DNA of 64,000 bases from an uncultured Nitrososphaeraceae archaeon (GTDB taxonomy: Archaea > Thermoproteota > Nitrososphaeria > Nitrososphaerales > Nitrososphaeraceae), in NCBI GenBank assembly GCA_963825865.1, contig CAWGVG010000026.1:160001-224000 (forward strand), read 5' to 3'. A program made the position numbers and the translations under genes. The notes beneath the pieces are model-generated. The model did no database searches. It was given only the letters and a program-made list of their open reading frames with translations, and had not been told where the DNA came from. This document shows positions 24,748-35,821 of the stretch, piece by piece; within the stretch, counting starts at the first letter, position 1; each line of letters opens with the position of its first letter.

Positions 24748-25300
24748 TGTGAGTATTGAATCAATTCCAGTATCTAGTCTTATGAGTAAAAGCGTGAAAA
24801 CAGAAACATCAGATCAAAATATCCGGGCAGTTTGTAGAATAATGCATGAAAACAATATTGGAAGTGTAGTTATTGTAAATCATGGTAATGACGACAAAAA
24901 CAGCAATAACAACAATAAACCAGTAGGCATAATCGCAGAAAGAGATATTGTACGGATAATAGGAACACTAGAGCCATCTTTACTCAAAGTACCTGCACAT
25001 GAACTAATGAGCAAACCATTGATTACAATATCCCCAAATAACTCCGTTAAAGAGGCAATGCATACTATGCAAGTGAAGAATATCCGTAGAATAGTAGTAG
25101 TTGAAAAAGAAGGAAAAGGTAATAATAACAATAAGATGGTTGGAATAATCACCAATAAAGACATATTCAAAGCAATAATGAAAAATCAGTCTGATACCTA
25201 GTATATTAAACGTTGAATTACTAACACAACACAAACCTGTGTATGAACAATTTACTGAATATTGGTTTGGTGACATTCTTCATAGGCGCAGATATCATTT
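24748..25300 (+). CDS. CBS-domain protein (C-terminal frameshift; start approximate)
   Basis: MHENNIGSVVIV...VGIIAERDIVR and KNIRRIVVV...VGIITNKDIF CBS pair. Confidence 0.88.
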
Positions 25301-25345
25301 AACATACTTAAATAATCCTAAATAGCCTATGAGTAAGGTAGCATA

Positions 25346-25660
25346 ATGTCTAAAACCAGTTCTGGTTCAGATCAATACAATAAAAGTGTATTTCCTTTTT
25401 ATAGTAGATTTTCCATAAATATCTTTAAAGCTTTTGCTCGAGCGTTATCAAACTCAACACAATTTAACACAGATGTTGTGGCTGAAAAGGATGATCTAGT
25501 AGCGCCAAACTCTAGTAAGCCTCTTAATAGTGCATTAACAGAAAGTCATGACAAAAGCCTGATTGAATTTAACTCAGGACACGTTGGCCTGATGATAGGA
25601 AAAAAAGCTCATAAAGAACTCTGGCCCAAAGTAGGAGAATGGATAAAGAACCACTCATAA
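25346..25660 (+). pseudogene. Internally deleted paralog of phaC (first ~40 aa fused in frame to last ~60 aa)
   Basis: The N-terminus matches the start of 33147-34602 (RALSxSTQFN) and the C-terminus matches its end (KDDLV...GHVGLMIGK.AHKELWPKVG.WIKNHS). Confidence 0.85.
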
Positions 25661-25869
25661 ATAAGATCGCATTTTAATATAAGATGGCATTTTCCCACCA
25701 AGATTGTGAAGAACGCCCTTTTTATAACCGTAGCATTAATTGGAAATAAAATTTTTAGATTACCAAATCGCTTTTTAGAGGAGAGTTTAGATTGGGTACT
25801 TGGCATTGAGATGGAAGTTATCTTCAATGGCTAATGAAGATGAGAAGTTATTGCTGGCGAAATAGTGCA

Positions 25870-26005
25870 GACCTCAGAGAGAAGAATCTCGATTTGATGG
25901 TGGTTGGAACAAGAGGAAGATCAGGATTTAAGAAACTATTACTTGTAAGTGATGCATTTTCAGTAGTAACTTATGTACATTGTCCTGTTATAGTAGTAAT
26001 GCGAC
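25870..26005 (+). pseudogene. Universal stress protein C-terminal remnant
   Basis: DLMVVGTRGRSGFKKLLL...VVTYVHCPVIVV. Confidence 0.75.
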
Positions 26006-26035
26006 TGGAAGTGGTGATGGTAATGGTCATCATTA

Positions 26036-27058
26036 CTAATGTTGCGTTGGAGACACAGACAATACTTGGATTCGGCTATTATCACGATCGACGAGGTATC
26101 CTTTACCAGCTAACCCTAAGTCAAAATCAACTGAATTATGTAGATGACCACTAGTAGCTATGCCAAGAGGCCCCAATTTATTGATGAATTTGCCATCTTG
26201 ACTAAATTCCTGTATGCGATCATTGCCACTATCAACTACCCACACATGACCTATTGCATGATCTACAAATACATCAGTTGGAAAATACAGCTGACCATTA
26301 CCTCTACCAAGAGAACCCCAAGACATAATGAATTTGCCATCTGGGGTAAACTTATCAATATGGTTATTGCCAAAGTCAGCTACATATACATTACCAAATC
26401 CATCAACATCAAGACGACTTGGGTTAACAAATTGCCCTTCTCCTGTACCAAAAGAGCCGAAAGACATAATGAATTTGCCATCTGGGGTAAACTTATCAAC
26501 ACGGTTATTTCCAGTATCAGATACGTATACGTTACCTGTCTTAAGATCTACTGCAATACCGGTAGGAGTGATAAACTGTCCTGGGCCAGAGCCAGAAGAA
26601 CCCCATTTTGTAATGAACTTACCATCAGTTGCATTAAACTCCTGGACTCGTGCATTAGCTCCATCTGTCACATATATGTGACCTCGACCCTCATCTATGG
26701 CAGCCTCTATTGGGCTATTGAACTGTCCTGGGCCAGAGCCAGAAGAACCCCATTTTGTAATGAACTTACCGTCTATTGCATTAAGCTTTTGTATACGGTT
26801 ATTTCCAGTATCAACTACATACACATTACCTTTAAAGTCTAAATCTATACCTGATGGACTATCAAACTGACCATTACCTGATCCACGGGAGCCCCACGTA
26901 TTAACAATAGTCAGCGCATAAGCATATGAGGACATAGTAGCTGTAATTAAAAGCACAATTTGTACTATTGCTACTGCTCCTGATAATAAGATCCGCCTGG
27001 TGTTATTGTTGTTAAATTTTTCTGTTGATTTAGACCATAGAAGATAATCTATAATCAT
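26036..27058 (-). CDS. NHL-repeat six-bladed beta-propeller protein with N-terminal signal/TM helix
   Basis: Repeated WGSxGSGxGQFxxPxGI...VYVxDTGNNRI; near-identical internal DNA repeats at ~26321/26462 and ~26575/26721. Confidence 0.92.
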   Translation of the reverse strand: MIIDYLLWSKSTEKFNNNNTRRILLSGAVAIVQIVLLITATMSSYAYALTIVNTWGSRGSGNGQFDSPSGIDLDFKGNVYVVDTGNNRIQKLNAIDGKFITKWGSSGSGPGQFNSPIEAAIDEGRGHIYVTDGANARVQEFNATDGKFITKWGSSGSGPGQFITPTGIAVDLKTGNVYVSDTGNNRVDKFTPDGKFIMSFGSFGTGEGQFVNPSRLDVDGFGNVYVADFGNNHIDKFTPDGKFIMSWGSLGRGNGQLYFPTDVFVDHAIGHVWVVDSGNDRIQEFSQDGKFINKLGPLGIATSGHLHNSVDFDLGLAGKGYLVDRDNSRIQVLSVSPTQH

Positions 27059-27606
27059 GTGAATATAAACAATAGGGTAACGGTGTTCCTCTTTGATTAG
27101 CGATGAATTAGTAGAATTTGTAAGCGAAAGAACTCAAGACTGGAAAAGCACTAGGATTTAGAGAAGAGCCAACAAATTCGGCTTGCGCAGGATTGGAAGG
27201 TACTGAAGGAGATAACGGATATGATCAGGGGTATGTAGGTGCACATGTTCACATATCAAATTTAATATCTGTTCCAATATTCATTCTTCTTGGTGGTACA
27301 AGAATAGGTCTCTTTGCTGGAGCATTATCAGATTATTATTGCCTTCTTCTCCTCTTAGGAAGATTTTCTAATAGTATTTGCTATTTGATAAACAATTAGA
27401 CCATTCGTTGTCAGAGACATAAATGTTCATCTGTTTGTATAAGTTGATAGCCTACTCGTCATTTTAATGTATTTCTTTAAAATTATCTATGCATATATGT
27501 AAATAATAACAATAACAAGTAGATACACTACTAAATATCAAGAATAGATAGCATGCCAGTGCAATAAGTAAATATGATGAACATCTTAAATTTGCAATAA
27601 GAATAG

Positions 27607-27707
27607 TTAACCTTCAGCAATATCCATAAGCCGTAAAAGGATTCTCCAAATCTGCCATGACGTTTTAATCTATCGTGAGTATCGTCACCTACTCTTATCA
27701 TTTTCAT
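27607..27707 (-). pseudogene. Small ribbon-helix-helix/antitoxin-like protein with a short deletion
   Basis: MKMIRVGDDTHDRLKRHGRFGESF...LRLMDIAEG. Confidence 0.45.
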
Positions 27708-27779
27708 TCATAATGTATACACCACACGATAAGGAGTATGATTTTAGTGTCTTGCAATACAATACACTGCATAGATGTG

Positions 27780-28010
27780 GTGTTCTTCCACACTTTGGTT
27801 TATCCTTTAATCCTACCATACCTTCTTTGTTATATCTGTCAAGTCAATATGAAGCACAAGGCTTACTTCTATGGAGTTGTTGTACTACATGAGTAGGTAC
27901 TTCTCCATCAACTTCTACTCTCAGAGTAAGCAATAATCTCTCCTTCACCTTGGGATTATATTCTCTTTTGTATAGCTCTGTTAATTCTTTTTTTGAAACA
28001 GTCAAACAAA
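27780..28010 (-). mobile_element. IS630 transposase N-terminal remnant
   Basis: NPKVKERLLL...LHRSKP...RYNKEGMVGLKDKPKCGR, homologous to ORF 11169-11711; contains stops. Confidence 0.7.
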
Positions 28011-28103
28011 TTTAGCAATGTGATGTAGCAAATAGCTTTTCCATGCAAGATAGTCAAAAATTATCTAAGAACATCTGCTAAGTGGTATATGAAAACACAA
28101 CTA

Positions 28104-29123
28104 CTACAAGAATTCAAGATATGACTCTGCTAGTTTTAAATGGTCTTCTGATTCTCTAACATATTCCATTCTTTTGTTTGTGAATATTTTTTCGTTTCTT
28201 GCACTGAAAAGAGATACTTTGGCTCTTACACACGCTTTGTAACACATTAAAAAGTAAACTAATCCTGATAATTTAACATCATTGCTTTTCATTATATACT
28301 GTGAAATGAAGTATTTCCTAAGGTCGTCTCTTTTGTGATAGTCCAAGTCCATAGAAAGATGCGCCACATCTTCTGCAACGTCCGCATATCTTAAAAAGTC
28401 ATTGAATTCTATTCTATCATATAGATAAAATTTATTTTTTATGATGAAAATATTTTTCAGATACAAATCACCATGTATATCGCGAATTCTGTTTCCTGCA
28501 ATTCGACTATAAAATAAGGCATCATTATTTTTAATAAATGAATTTAGTTTCTTCTCAAACTTTGAATCGACTGTTGACTTTAACTTTGCAAGAGTCTGAA
28601 AATTCTCAGCAATCTTTTTTTTCATGAACTTTGGCTGACCAAAACACTTAATTGTATCATTTGTTGGTGTCAGGCGATGGAATTTAACTAGTGTTTCTGT
28701 TAGGTTTCCAACAGTTTCTAGACCAACTTTGCCTGCAGCAATAAGGTTATCCATACGAAATTCCTGCGGCATCTGTCTCATCTTAAGCGCATATTCTACT
28801 GCTTTTCCGCTTTCTTGTAGATTTACCATTTTAACAATGTTACTATTTTCTTCTTTGATGATTTTTACAACTTCTATATACATACTGCCACACAGGGTTT
28901 TGTTTAATATCAATTCTTTCTCACAAGTTTTTCTTCTCTTTGCCAATGTGGAAAAATCGAGAACTTTACCAAATTTTAGTGCCTTTTTTATCTTATATGC
29001 GTAGGATCCGGTAAGACATACCCAGGAGATATGAGTTTCTTCTATCTTGATATTTGATACCTTATGGGAGTATACACTTTTTTCTAGAAGAGCTGAAATT
29101 AATTTTTGTTGATTTGAACTCAA
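28104..29123 (-). CDS. Aminoglycoside-phosphotransferase-like kinase (N-terminal half of the Rv2004c-type bifunctional family)
   Basis: ETHISWV, AYKIKK, LDFSTL, IRDIHGDLYLKNI, YDRIEFNDFLRYADVAEDVA. Confidence 0.88.
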   Translation of the reverse strand: MSSNQQKLISALLEKSVYSHKVSNIKIEETHISWVCLTGSYAYKIKKALKFGKVLDFSTLAKRRKTCEKELILNKTLCGSMYIEVVKIIKEENSNIVKMVNLQESGKAVEYALKMRQMPQEFRMDNLIAAGKVGLETVGNLTETLVKFHRLTPTNDTIKCFGQPKFMKKKIAENFQTLAKLKSTVDSKFEKKLNSFIKNNDALFYSRIAGNRIRDIHGDLYLKNIFIIKNKFYLYDRIEFNDFLRYADVAEDVAHLSMDLDYHKRDDLRKYFISQYIMKSNDVKLSGLVYFLMCYKACVRAKVSLFSARNEKIFTNKRMEYVRESEDHLKLAESYLEFL

Positions 29124-29632
29124 TTTTTTGTTTCATTTTTTAATATTCGATTCGCTATATCTATTGAGTTCTTATTTGCAGACTGTTGACTTGTATCAAC
29201 TACAATATGCTTTTCTTTTATTGATTGATATCTCATTCTCATCTTTTTGTAGATAGAAATATCGGCATCTGAATAATCATTTTTTCTGTTTCTCAGTCTT
29301 GAAATTGCAATATGTTCAGGGCAAGTGCATTCAACGATACTTATTTGTGGTGATGAGATCAAATTCAACTTTTTCTTTAACTCTTTTCGAGATTTTTCTG
29401 TATTGAAAGTAGCATCAAGGATGCAATTTATTCCCGCATCATTCAAATATTTTGCTAACAACAACATGACATCGTAAATTAACTTTTTTTCCTGTTTTCT
29501 ATAGGTTGGCTTTGATATCAGTTCCTTTCTGATCTTATCTGTAGATAGAATAACTGCTCTAATTAACGGTGCGAGCTCCTTTGCTAGACTGGTCTTTCCG
29601 ACGCCAGGCAAACCACAAACAATAATTATCAA
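29120..29632 (-). CDS. AAA_33-type P-loop kinase
   Basis: CGLPGVGKT Walker A, STDKIRKEL, ILDATF, SDAD; overlaps the start of the APH-like gene. Confidence 0.9.
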   Translation of the reverse strand: MIIIVCGLPGVGKTSLAKELAPLIRAVILSTDKIRKELISKPTYRKQEKKLIYDVMLLLAKYLNDAGINCILDATFNTEKSRKELKKKLNLISSPQISIVECTCPEHIAISRLRNRKNDYSDADISIYKKMRMRYQSIKEKHIVVDTSQQSANKNSIDIANRILKNETKN

Positions 29633-30007
29633 GTTCCGTTAAAAAATACTGTTCTGTTAACTTATTTAGGGTACTCACAAATTAAAATATTGTATTTAGA
29701 AAAGACGACTACTATAACTTCGTAATGTGATGACAATTAAATGTCAGATATTATATCAAGAGCTGACGTTAAATATTTTACTTCAGATAATGCTATAGAA
29801 TCTTTGACAACTGCAATAGGAATCAAGTCTTATTATTATTATTCGTCTGCATTGCAGTTTAGATGATCTGTCATTATATTAATATTTATCAGGTATGCTG
29901 GTATCCTAGCAGGATATGAATTTTAATTAGAGCTTCTTTTTAACTAAAAATGCGTATGTCCTGTATTGGTAGTAAAGTGAATTAGATAGTATACCACAAA
30001 TCTTTGC

Positions 30008-30439
30008 CTATCTTACTATGACAACCGGGCACTTTGCATAATGAGTAACCTTATATGAAGCACTTCCCATGAGAAATTCTTTGGAAGCTTTAACTCCTCT
30101 GCTACCTATCACTATTGTATCTACTTTTTGTTTATCTGCTATACGTAATATCTCTTCTGCAACATCATTTCCTCTGGACTCGATGACATCGATAGAGGTA
30201 ATTACTGATGATTCCTTTGCTCTTGACTTGTATTTTTGCAACATCTCTAGATCTCTTTGTTCTAATTCTTTCAAGATCGAATGGCCAATACTAACGAATT
30301 CTTCGAGCACATGTACAATTAGTAATCCAGATCCACATTTTTTAGCCAGATAAGATGCATATTCAAAAGCCTTTTCTGCGTACTCAGAACCATCAACAGC
30401 AACAAGAATTTTTGATATCATTTGCTTATTATTTTGCAC
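30008..30439 (-). CDS. Universal stress protein
   Basis: ILVAVDGS...IVIGSRG...MGSASYKVTHYAKCPVVIVR. Confidence 0.95.
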   Translation of the reverse strand: MQNNKQMISKILVAVDGSEYAEKAFEYASYLAKKCGSGLLIVHVLEEFVSIGHSILKELEQRDLEMLQKYKSRAKESSVITSIDVIESRGNDVAEEILRIADKQKVDTIVIGSRGVKASKEFLMGSASYKVTHYAKCPVVIVR

Positions 30440-31150
30440 ATCTAGCAGATATATGTGTGTGAATTACATATTATAAATTTAATTTGAGTTAATTTGCTTT
30501 CTTCTCACTCACATTCACATCTATACTATATGGTCAAAGTAAATGTGCAATAATGTAACCTGTAAGCAGTTTACCATTGTCTCCTATCTCCTTCAAGCAG
30601 ACCACTACCAATGTGAATTCTATCTATATGTTTTGACATTTCAGCTTTATCTTTGAACTGTGATTGACAATAAGGACAAATTATTTTTGTTGCCTCTCCT
30701 TCAATTACATTAGCAGGCAATTCAACTTCAGCAAGGTCTAACTTATCGCTTGGAACATTTCCTACTATGGACTTAAGGGTTATAATTCCTGTAATACTAT
30801 TTCCTCCCGCTTTCTTTACTGCCAATCTTCTAATGTGTTTGGTTCTCATCAATAGTACTGCATCTTTAACGGATTCTTCTTCAGCAATGGTAATTAGTGG
30901 AGAACTCATTATGTCTTTCAATGTGACCTTAAAGGGGCCTTTATTTTCAGCTACTACACGATATAATATGTCCCTTTCAGTTACAATTCCAATCGGCTCA
31001 TTTGAATTCTTGCTAGTAACCAGAACACTCAAAACATCTTTATCTCGCATTAATTTTGCTGCTTCAGCAACAAGGGTGTCTTCAGATAGAGTTACATAGT
31101 TTTTTTCAGCAATACTTTCAACCTTTTGCGATAGATAAGAATTAGCATAC
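30036..31150. repeat. Copy A of a duplicated CBS-ZnF + USP module (copy B at ~37917-39100)
   Basis: Co-linear, highly similar DNA including the intergenic spacer. Confidence 0.9.
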
Positions 31151-31152
31151 AT
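30571..31152 (-). CDS. CBS-pair protein with a C-terminal C2H2 zinc finger
   Basis: IGIVTERDIL CBS motif; CPYCQSQFKDKAEMSKHIDRIH. Confidence 0.9.
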   Translation of the reverse strand: MYANSYLSQKVESIAEKNYVTLSEDTLVAEAAKLMRDKDVLSVLVTSKNSNEPIGIVTERDILYRVVAENKGPFKVTLKDIMSSPLITIAEEESVKDAVLLMRTKHIRRLAVKKAGGNSITGIITLKSIVGNVPSDKLDLAEVELPANVIEGEATKIICPYCQSQFKDKAEMSKHIDRIHIGSGLLEGDRRQW

Positions 31153-31464
31153 CCAATAAATATCATGATAATTACCTTATATTATTATATGCGTTTTTGC
31201 TGTCCAAAACATATATTACAAAATCAGATCCTTGCATTGTCATTGTCATAGACTTACTTCCTAACACTTTATGATATAGTCTTTACTAGTTACTATGGGA
31301 TATTAATAATGATGAGAATGGTAGCAATATAATATATAATTGAGGCTTGGACATAATTCTAGATTCGTATTTTTGGCAATGTTGCCATAGATAAGTAAAA
31401 AACAAAAAGATGTTTCCAATCTGACATTACTTAAAAATTCAAATAAAAATACTTCACAGATTCT

Positions 31465-31995
31465 CTAATGTACAATCAGTACACAGGGCAGCTAGACCTC
31501 TCAGCAATAGCTCTAGATATACTTCCTAATACCTTAATCTTTGATATTCCACTTAAGCCTACAGCTCCTACTACTATCAAGTCTACTTTTTCTTTATCTG
31601 CAAATTCAGTTATAGTATTTGGTATAGAAATTCCTCTGCCTCCAACAAAAACTTCTGTTCTTATAGTAAAATTACTATTACTACAGTTTGTCTTACTCTC
31701 ATATTTTTTCTTTCTTTTAGCTAGTATTTCTATCGCACTTGACTTTATTGATTCATGCATTTCTTCAATATAATCAGAAAGTGAAATCTTTTCACCAGTT
31801 TTAAGTGAACGCATTGGTTTTTCAAATCCGAGTGGAACAGGAAAGATCTGGAATAACATATAATATTATAATTTTTGTCTTGTTATTACTACTACTAGTG
31901 TTACTAGACGTAGATTTTACAAGGTTAATCGCATGCTCTAGGGCTTTATCTGCTGGCTTGGAACCATCAATTGGAACTAGGATTTTACTATACAT
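31465..31995 (-). CDS. Universal stress protein (frameshifted)
   Basis: MYSKILVPIDGSKPADKALEHA ... DLIVVGAVGLSG...LGSISRAIAERSSCPV. Confidence 0.85.
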
Positions 31996-32477
31996 GGGTC
32001 AATATCAACTATGCTAGAATGGTGTCAATCCTTTAGGTATTTTATATCATTCGATATAGTGTGATCTTTCTATAATTAACTAAAATGGAGTCATCGCCTG
32101 CTCTCTTAAATATTCCCAGTCAATTGTTGTTGGTAAATATTTATCCTAAAACCAAATCTTGAAGAAGAGGAAATGTCCTACTAAACTGCTCTTTTGCTGC
32201 ACTTTTAGAAACCAAAATGGAAAAGGCGATTCATTGGGTCAGAATACAAAATGCTAAAAAGTCAGTCATGGCATAGAAAGATGTATTAAGTTTTGATTAT
32301 CCCATAGATCAAATATTTGCTGCTATGTTCATTATGAAATTAGATCGCAAATAAGCCTTAAGTAGAACACCTAGTTTGAATAGAACACTTATAACAGTTG
32401 AAAATATGTTATAGCTTTCACATTATTCTGAAGTGCTTATATTTGATCAAGTATCATATAGCAGCACTAGTGAATGA

Positions 32478-32636
32478 CTGATACTGATAATAACTGGGAT
32501 TTGTGCAGTTTGTGGTAAGTTCCAAAAACACGAAAAATTCAAACGATCAGATAAAAGAGATAATGCTGCGTGGAACTTTGTTCTATGTGATGCCTGTAAA
32601 AAGAGAGGAGAAAATATGCCAAAAATCAGACCGTGA
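32478..32636 (+). CDS. Small CxxC-CxxC zinc-ribbon protein (below ORF-track cutoff; start uncertain)
   Basis: GICAVCGKFQKHEKF...VLCDACKKRGENMPKIRP*. Confidence 0.5.
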   Translation: MILIITGICAVCGKFQKHEKFKRSDKRDNAAWNFVLCDACKKRGENMPKIRP

Positions 32637-32819
32637 TGGCGACGATGATAATATTTGTTGGTTTTTTCATAATAGAGGCCAAATACATAGACAAACATTT
32701 TCGAGATCAAGTCACAAAGCAGTCGTATGCAGGTGTAAAAGATGTTACTTACATTGTAGCACTATTATCCATTCATATTATAATTTGGTCATGCCACTAA
32801 ACACGTTTTAATGGTTACA

Positions 32820-32985
32820 AGTCCTGCTGGAAATGGATTAACATTTATTTCTACAAAGACAAATCAAATATTGAACAGGTGCAGGCTCCTTGGGGATTGG
32901 ATATTGATAGCAATGAGAAATTAGCATATGTTGCTAACAGAGGAAATGATTACGTTACTGTTGTCGACATTCCAACACAAATATG
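32820..32985 (+). pseudogene. YVTN-type beta-propeller remnant
   Basis: LAYVANRGNDYVTVVDI. Confidence 0.4.
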
Positions 32986-33146
32986 AAGGATAATCATAAT
33001 ACCATAACCCCTTATTCTTATAATGCAAAGGGTAGAAAAATGGTAGAAGAACTAAACCCGCAACTTCTGATAAAAAAGGAAATATAAAAATCATGATAAT
33101 GTTCTAACATAAGTATGATGATGACAATGGAGTTATTGAAACTTGT

Positions 33147-34602
33147 TCATGAATGATTCTTTATCCATTGCCCTACTTTGGGCCAGAGTTCTTTGTGGGC
33201 ATTTTTTCCTATCATCAGGCCGACATGCCCTGAGTTATATTCAATGAGGCTCTTGTCATGGCTTTCTGTCAATGCATTATTAAGAGCCTTACTAGAGCGG
33301 GTGCCACTAAATCATCCTTCTTGGCCACAATATTGAGGAATGGCATATTGATATTCTTCAATTAATCAATTGCCATATCATATTCGATTATTGTTATTAT
33401 AGTCTGTCTCTTCTATTCTCATTTTACTTTTGATAAGTAAATTTTGTTTATAGCAATACTCTACGAATTCTCTGTATATTTCACCTATTATCGGAGGACT
33501 ATCATATAGCCATGTCTCTGTTGCAAAGAATTCTGCTATTGACTCTAAACTACGAGGCTGTTCAAAGAAGTGGAAATATTTATGACTATATTCAATAGGG
33601 TTTCTAAGGATAAATGCGGCATTTAACACTATCCCAGGCAGATTTCCAAATGTATCCAGAAGATAATTTTCCTTCATGGATTTAGTCCAAACAGCAAGTA
33701 AAGAATTATCAAGATCAAAATCTCCTGGTGTAGCAATAGTGATCAGATTCTTTACTTTTTCAGGATGAAGAGCAGAATAGATAAGTGCAAGATCACCACC
33801 CCAGCAATAACCAAACAAAGATACTTTATCTAGATTTCGTAATCTTTCTTATAAAATCAACAGACTTGTCCATGTATTTATTAACAAAATGACCTATCGT
33901 CAGACTCTTATCATATGCAGATGGCGTTCCCCAATCTGTTGCAAAAATATCAAGCCCAGATTAATAAATTTCCCATAACACTCACTTCGGGTAAGAGATC
34001 TAGAATATAATGTCTATTTATAAAAGCGTAGATTACAAGTATTGGAGTAGTATTCTTTTGACTTGTCGAGCTAACTTCTTTTTCAGTAAAGTAGGGTTGT
34101 AGGTTAGTAGGTGCCTATTATAACGAAATAGTGAGTAATTCTCTATCTCACAAATCTTCTGCGAAGGAGTACGATATAACGTATCTCTAATTGGCTCTAC
34201 AAAATCATTATTCCAAACTGAGGACCTATTGGATAAATGCTGATATATCTTCCCTAGACCGGTGCTTTTGGCTAATTCTGAATAGCTGGCAATAGTATCC
34301 GAAAGTGTGTTGACGAATCTTTCTTCCCTGAACTTTTCATCAAAGGTCCTACGAATTCTGCTTCTTAAGATTTTATCTAACTCAGATAGATCCTTCCAAG
34401 ACTTGTCGTATTCCGAAATTGTATTAAGATATATTGGATACGCATTCACAAAGGCATTAGACAATTCTATGTTAAATTGAGTTGAGCTTGATAATGCTCG
34501 TAAAAAAACATCAGACATATTTGTCATAAAAAATCCATCATATAAAGGAAAAATACTTTTGTTGTTATCGTATTTATCTGAAGTGAAATTGGATTTGGCC
34601 AT
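33147..34602 (-). CDS. phaC: Class III polyhydroxyalkanoate synthase with a ~140-aa N-terminal extension; several frameshifts
   Basis: RTPS...LFRY, YAFINRHYILDL, DWGTP, lipase box GYCWGG, WLYDSP, KDDLV, GHVGL (Cys-Asp-His triad). Confidence 0.9.
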
Positions 34603-34727
34603 TATATGTTCTTCTAACTAAATCTTACCTGCCAATTACATATAAAGTTAAGAATAGAAAACTTTACATCTTTTCTTTGCTTCTTTTCTCTCAGAAGCAA
34701 GAAATAATTCTATGGCTGGTAAATACA

Positions 34728-34760
34728 CAGCATTGCACTATATACATACTTTGTATATAG
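34728..34760 (+). promoter_or_regulatory. Shared island motif plus TATA box upstream of a small membrane protein, divergent from phaC
   Basis: GCATTGCACTATATACATACTTTGTATATA aligns without gaps to the hsp20 promoter. Confidence 0.6.
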
Positions 34761-34798
34761 TGTCCTATTGCAGTACATACTTGGGGCGATACAAGAAA

Positions 34799-34999
34799 AT
34801 GTCTACTACTATAGGAATGCTGGTAGGAACGATATTTCTAGTGGTCCTGATGGGCAGTCTTGTTTTGATTCCTATGGCTGTATATGGCATTACTGTGGGA
34901 AGCCTACCGCCAGTAATCCCGGTACCGCCATTACCATTACCTGCACCATACCTAATCAAATACGTTCCACCATCACTCTATCAGGTAACAAGTCCATGA
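34799..34999 (+). CDS. Small single-TM protein with a Pro-rich tail
   Basis: MSTTIGMLVGTIFLVVLMGSLVLIP...LPPVIPVPPLPLPAP; preceded by motif and TATA box. Confidence 0.5.
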   Translation: MSTTIGMLVGTIFLVVLMGSLVLIPMAVYGITVGSLPPVIPVPPLPLPAPYLIKYVPPSLYQVTSP

Positions 35000-35277
35000 A
35001 GTGCTTTATTTTTTATTTTTACAAAAAACTTCAATTACATTACGCATTACATAGAATACCTTTTTTCTGGTAAATGCATAAACCTAACTTTCACAAATGG
35101 TTTTTTGTGTTGGTTTTTTTATGAGACAAGCGAATAGATCATTTTGATTCATGTCCTTATTCAATATTTGCTATATCTTCTGATTTATAAAGCGTCTATT
35201 GGTACTAAAAAGCAGCAAAATAATTTTAAACCATAACCTTTTTCTCTAATAAAGGAAGTGATAGAAACAATAAAACT

Positions 35278-35821
35278 TTGACATTTCTATATAAAAAAAT
35301 CCTTGTACCATATGATGGTTCTAAACCATCAGAAAATGCATTGCAACAAGCAATACAATTAGCTGAATCTTTCGTTTTCAAGTGGAACTACTACAGAAAA
35401 TATACAAATATTATTAATACACATAGTAGAGGAAATTCATATTCGTATTCCCAATCTCTACTTTGGGCTAAGAATACTTGCTGGCAAGTCTATGAAGAAA
35501 TTCTTCGAGGAAGTATATGAAGATATGAAAAATGAATCTTTGAAAATGCTTGATGATACGAAGAAACGAATTGAGTCAAGCATTCCTGTAAATAACAACA
35601 ACAAAAAAGATAGGACAATAGCATCTATATCTGTTAATCCCCAAGTAGTAATAGGAAATCCAGCTGAAGTTATTATAGATGTTGCCAATAATAAGGAAAA
35701 AGTAGATTTAATAATCATGGGAAGTACTAGTTTGAAAGGAATTTCCAAGGTAAGAGTTTTAGGAAGTGTTTCTCGTGCAGTATCTGAAAATGCAAATTGC
35801 CCAGTGATGCTTGTTCATTAA
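35278..35821 (+). CDS. Universal stress protein (frameshifted)
   Basis: KILVPYDGSKPSENAL ... GNPAEVI...DLIIMGS...LGSVSRAVSENANCPVMLVH. Confidence 0.88.

Noticed and set aside
26321-26770. Regularly spaced 38-50 bp direct repeats suggestive of a CRISPR array
   Set aside because: They are in-frame NHL blade repeats inside an intact ORF; no cas genes are present.
26144-26842. 232-aa plus-strand ORF, and similar antisense ORFs over acd, ths, gap, fbp and TPR genes
   Set aside because: Shadow ORFs opposite well-supported genes, with no motifs of their own.
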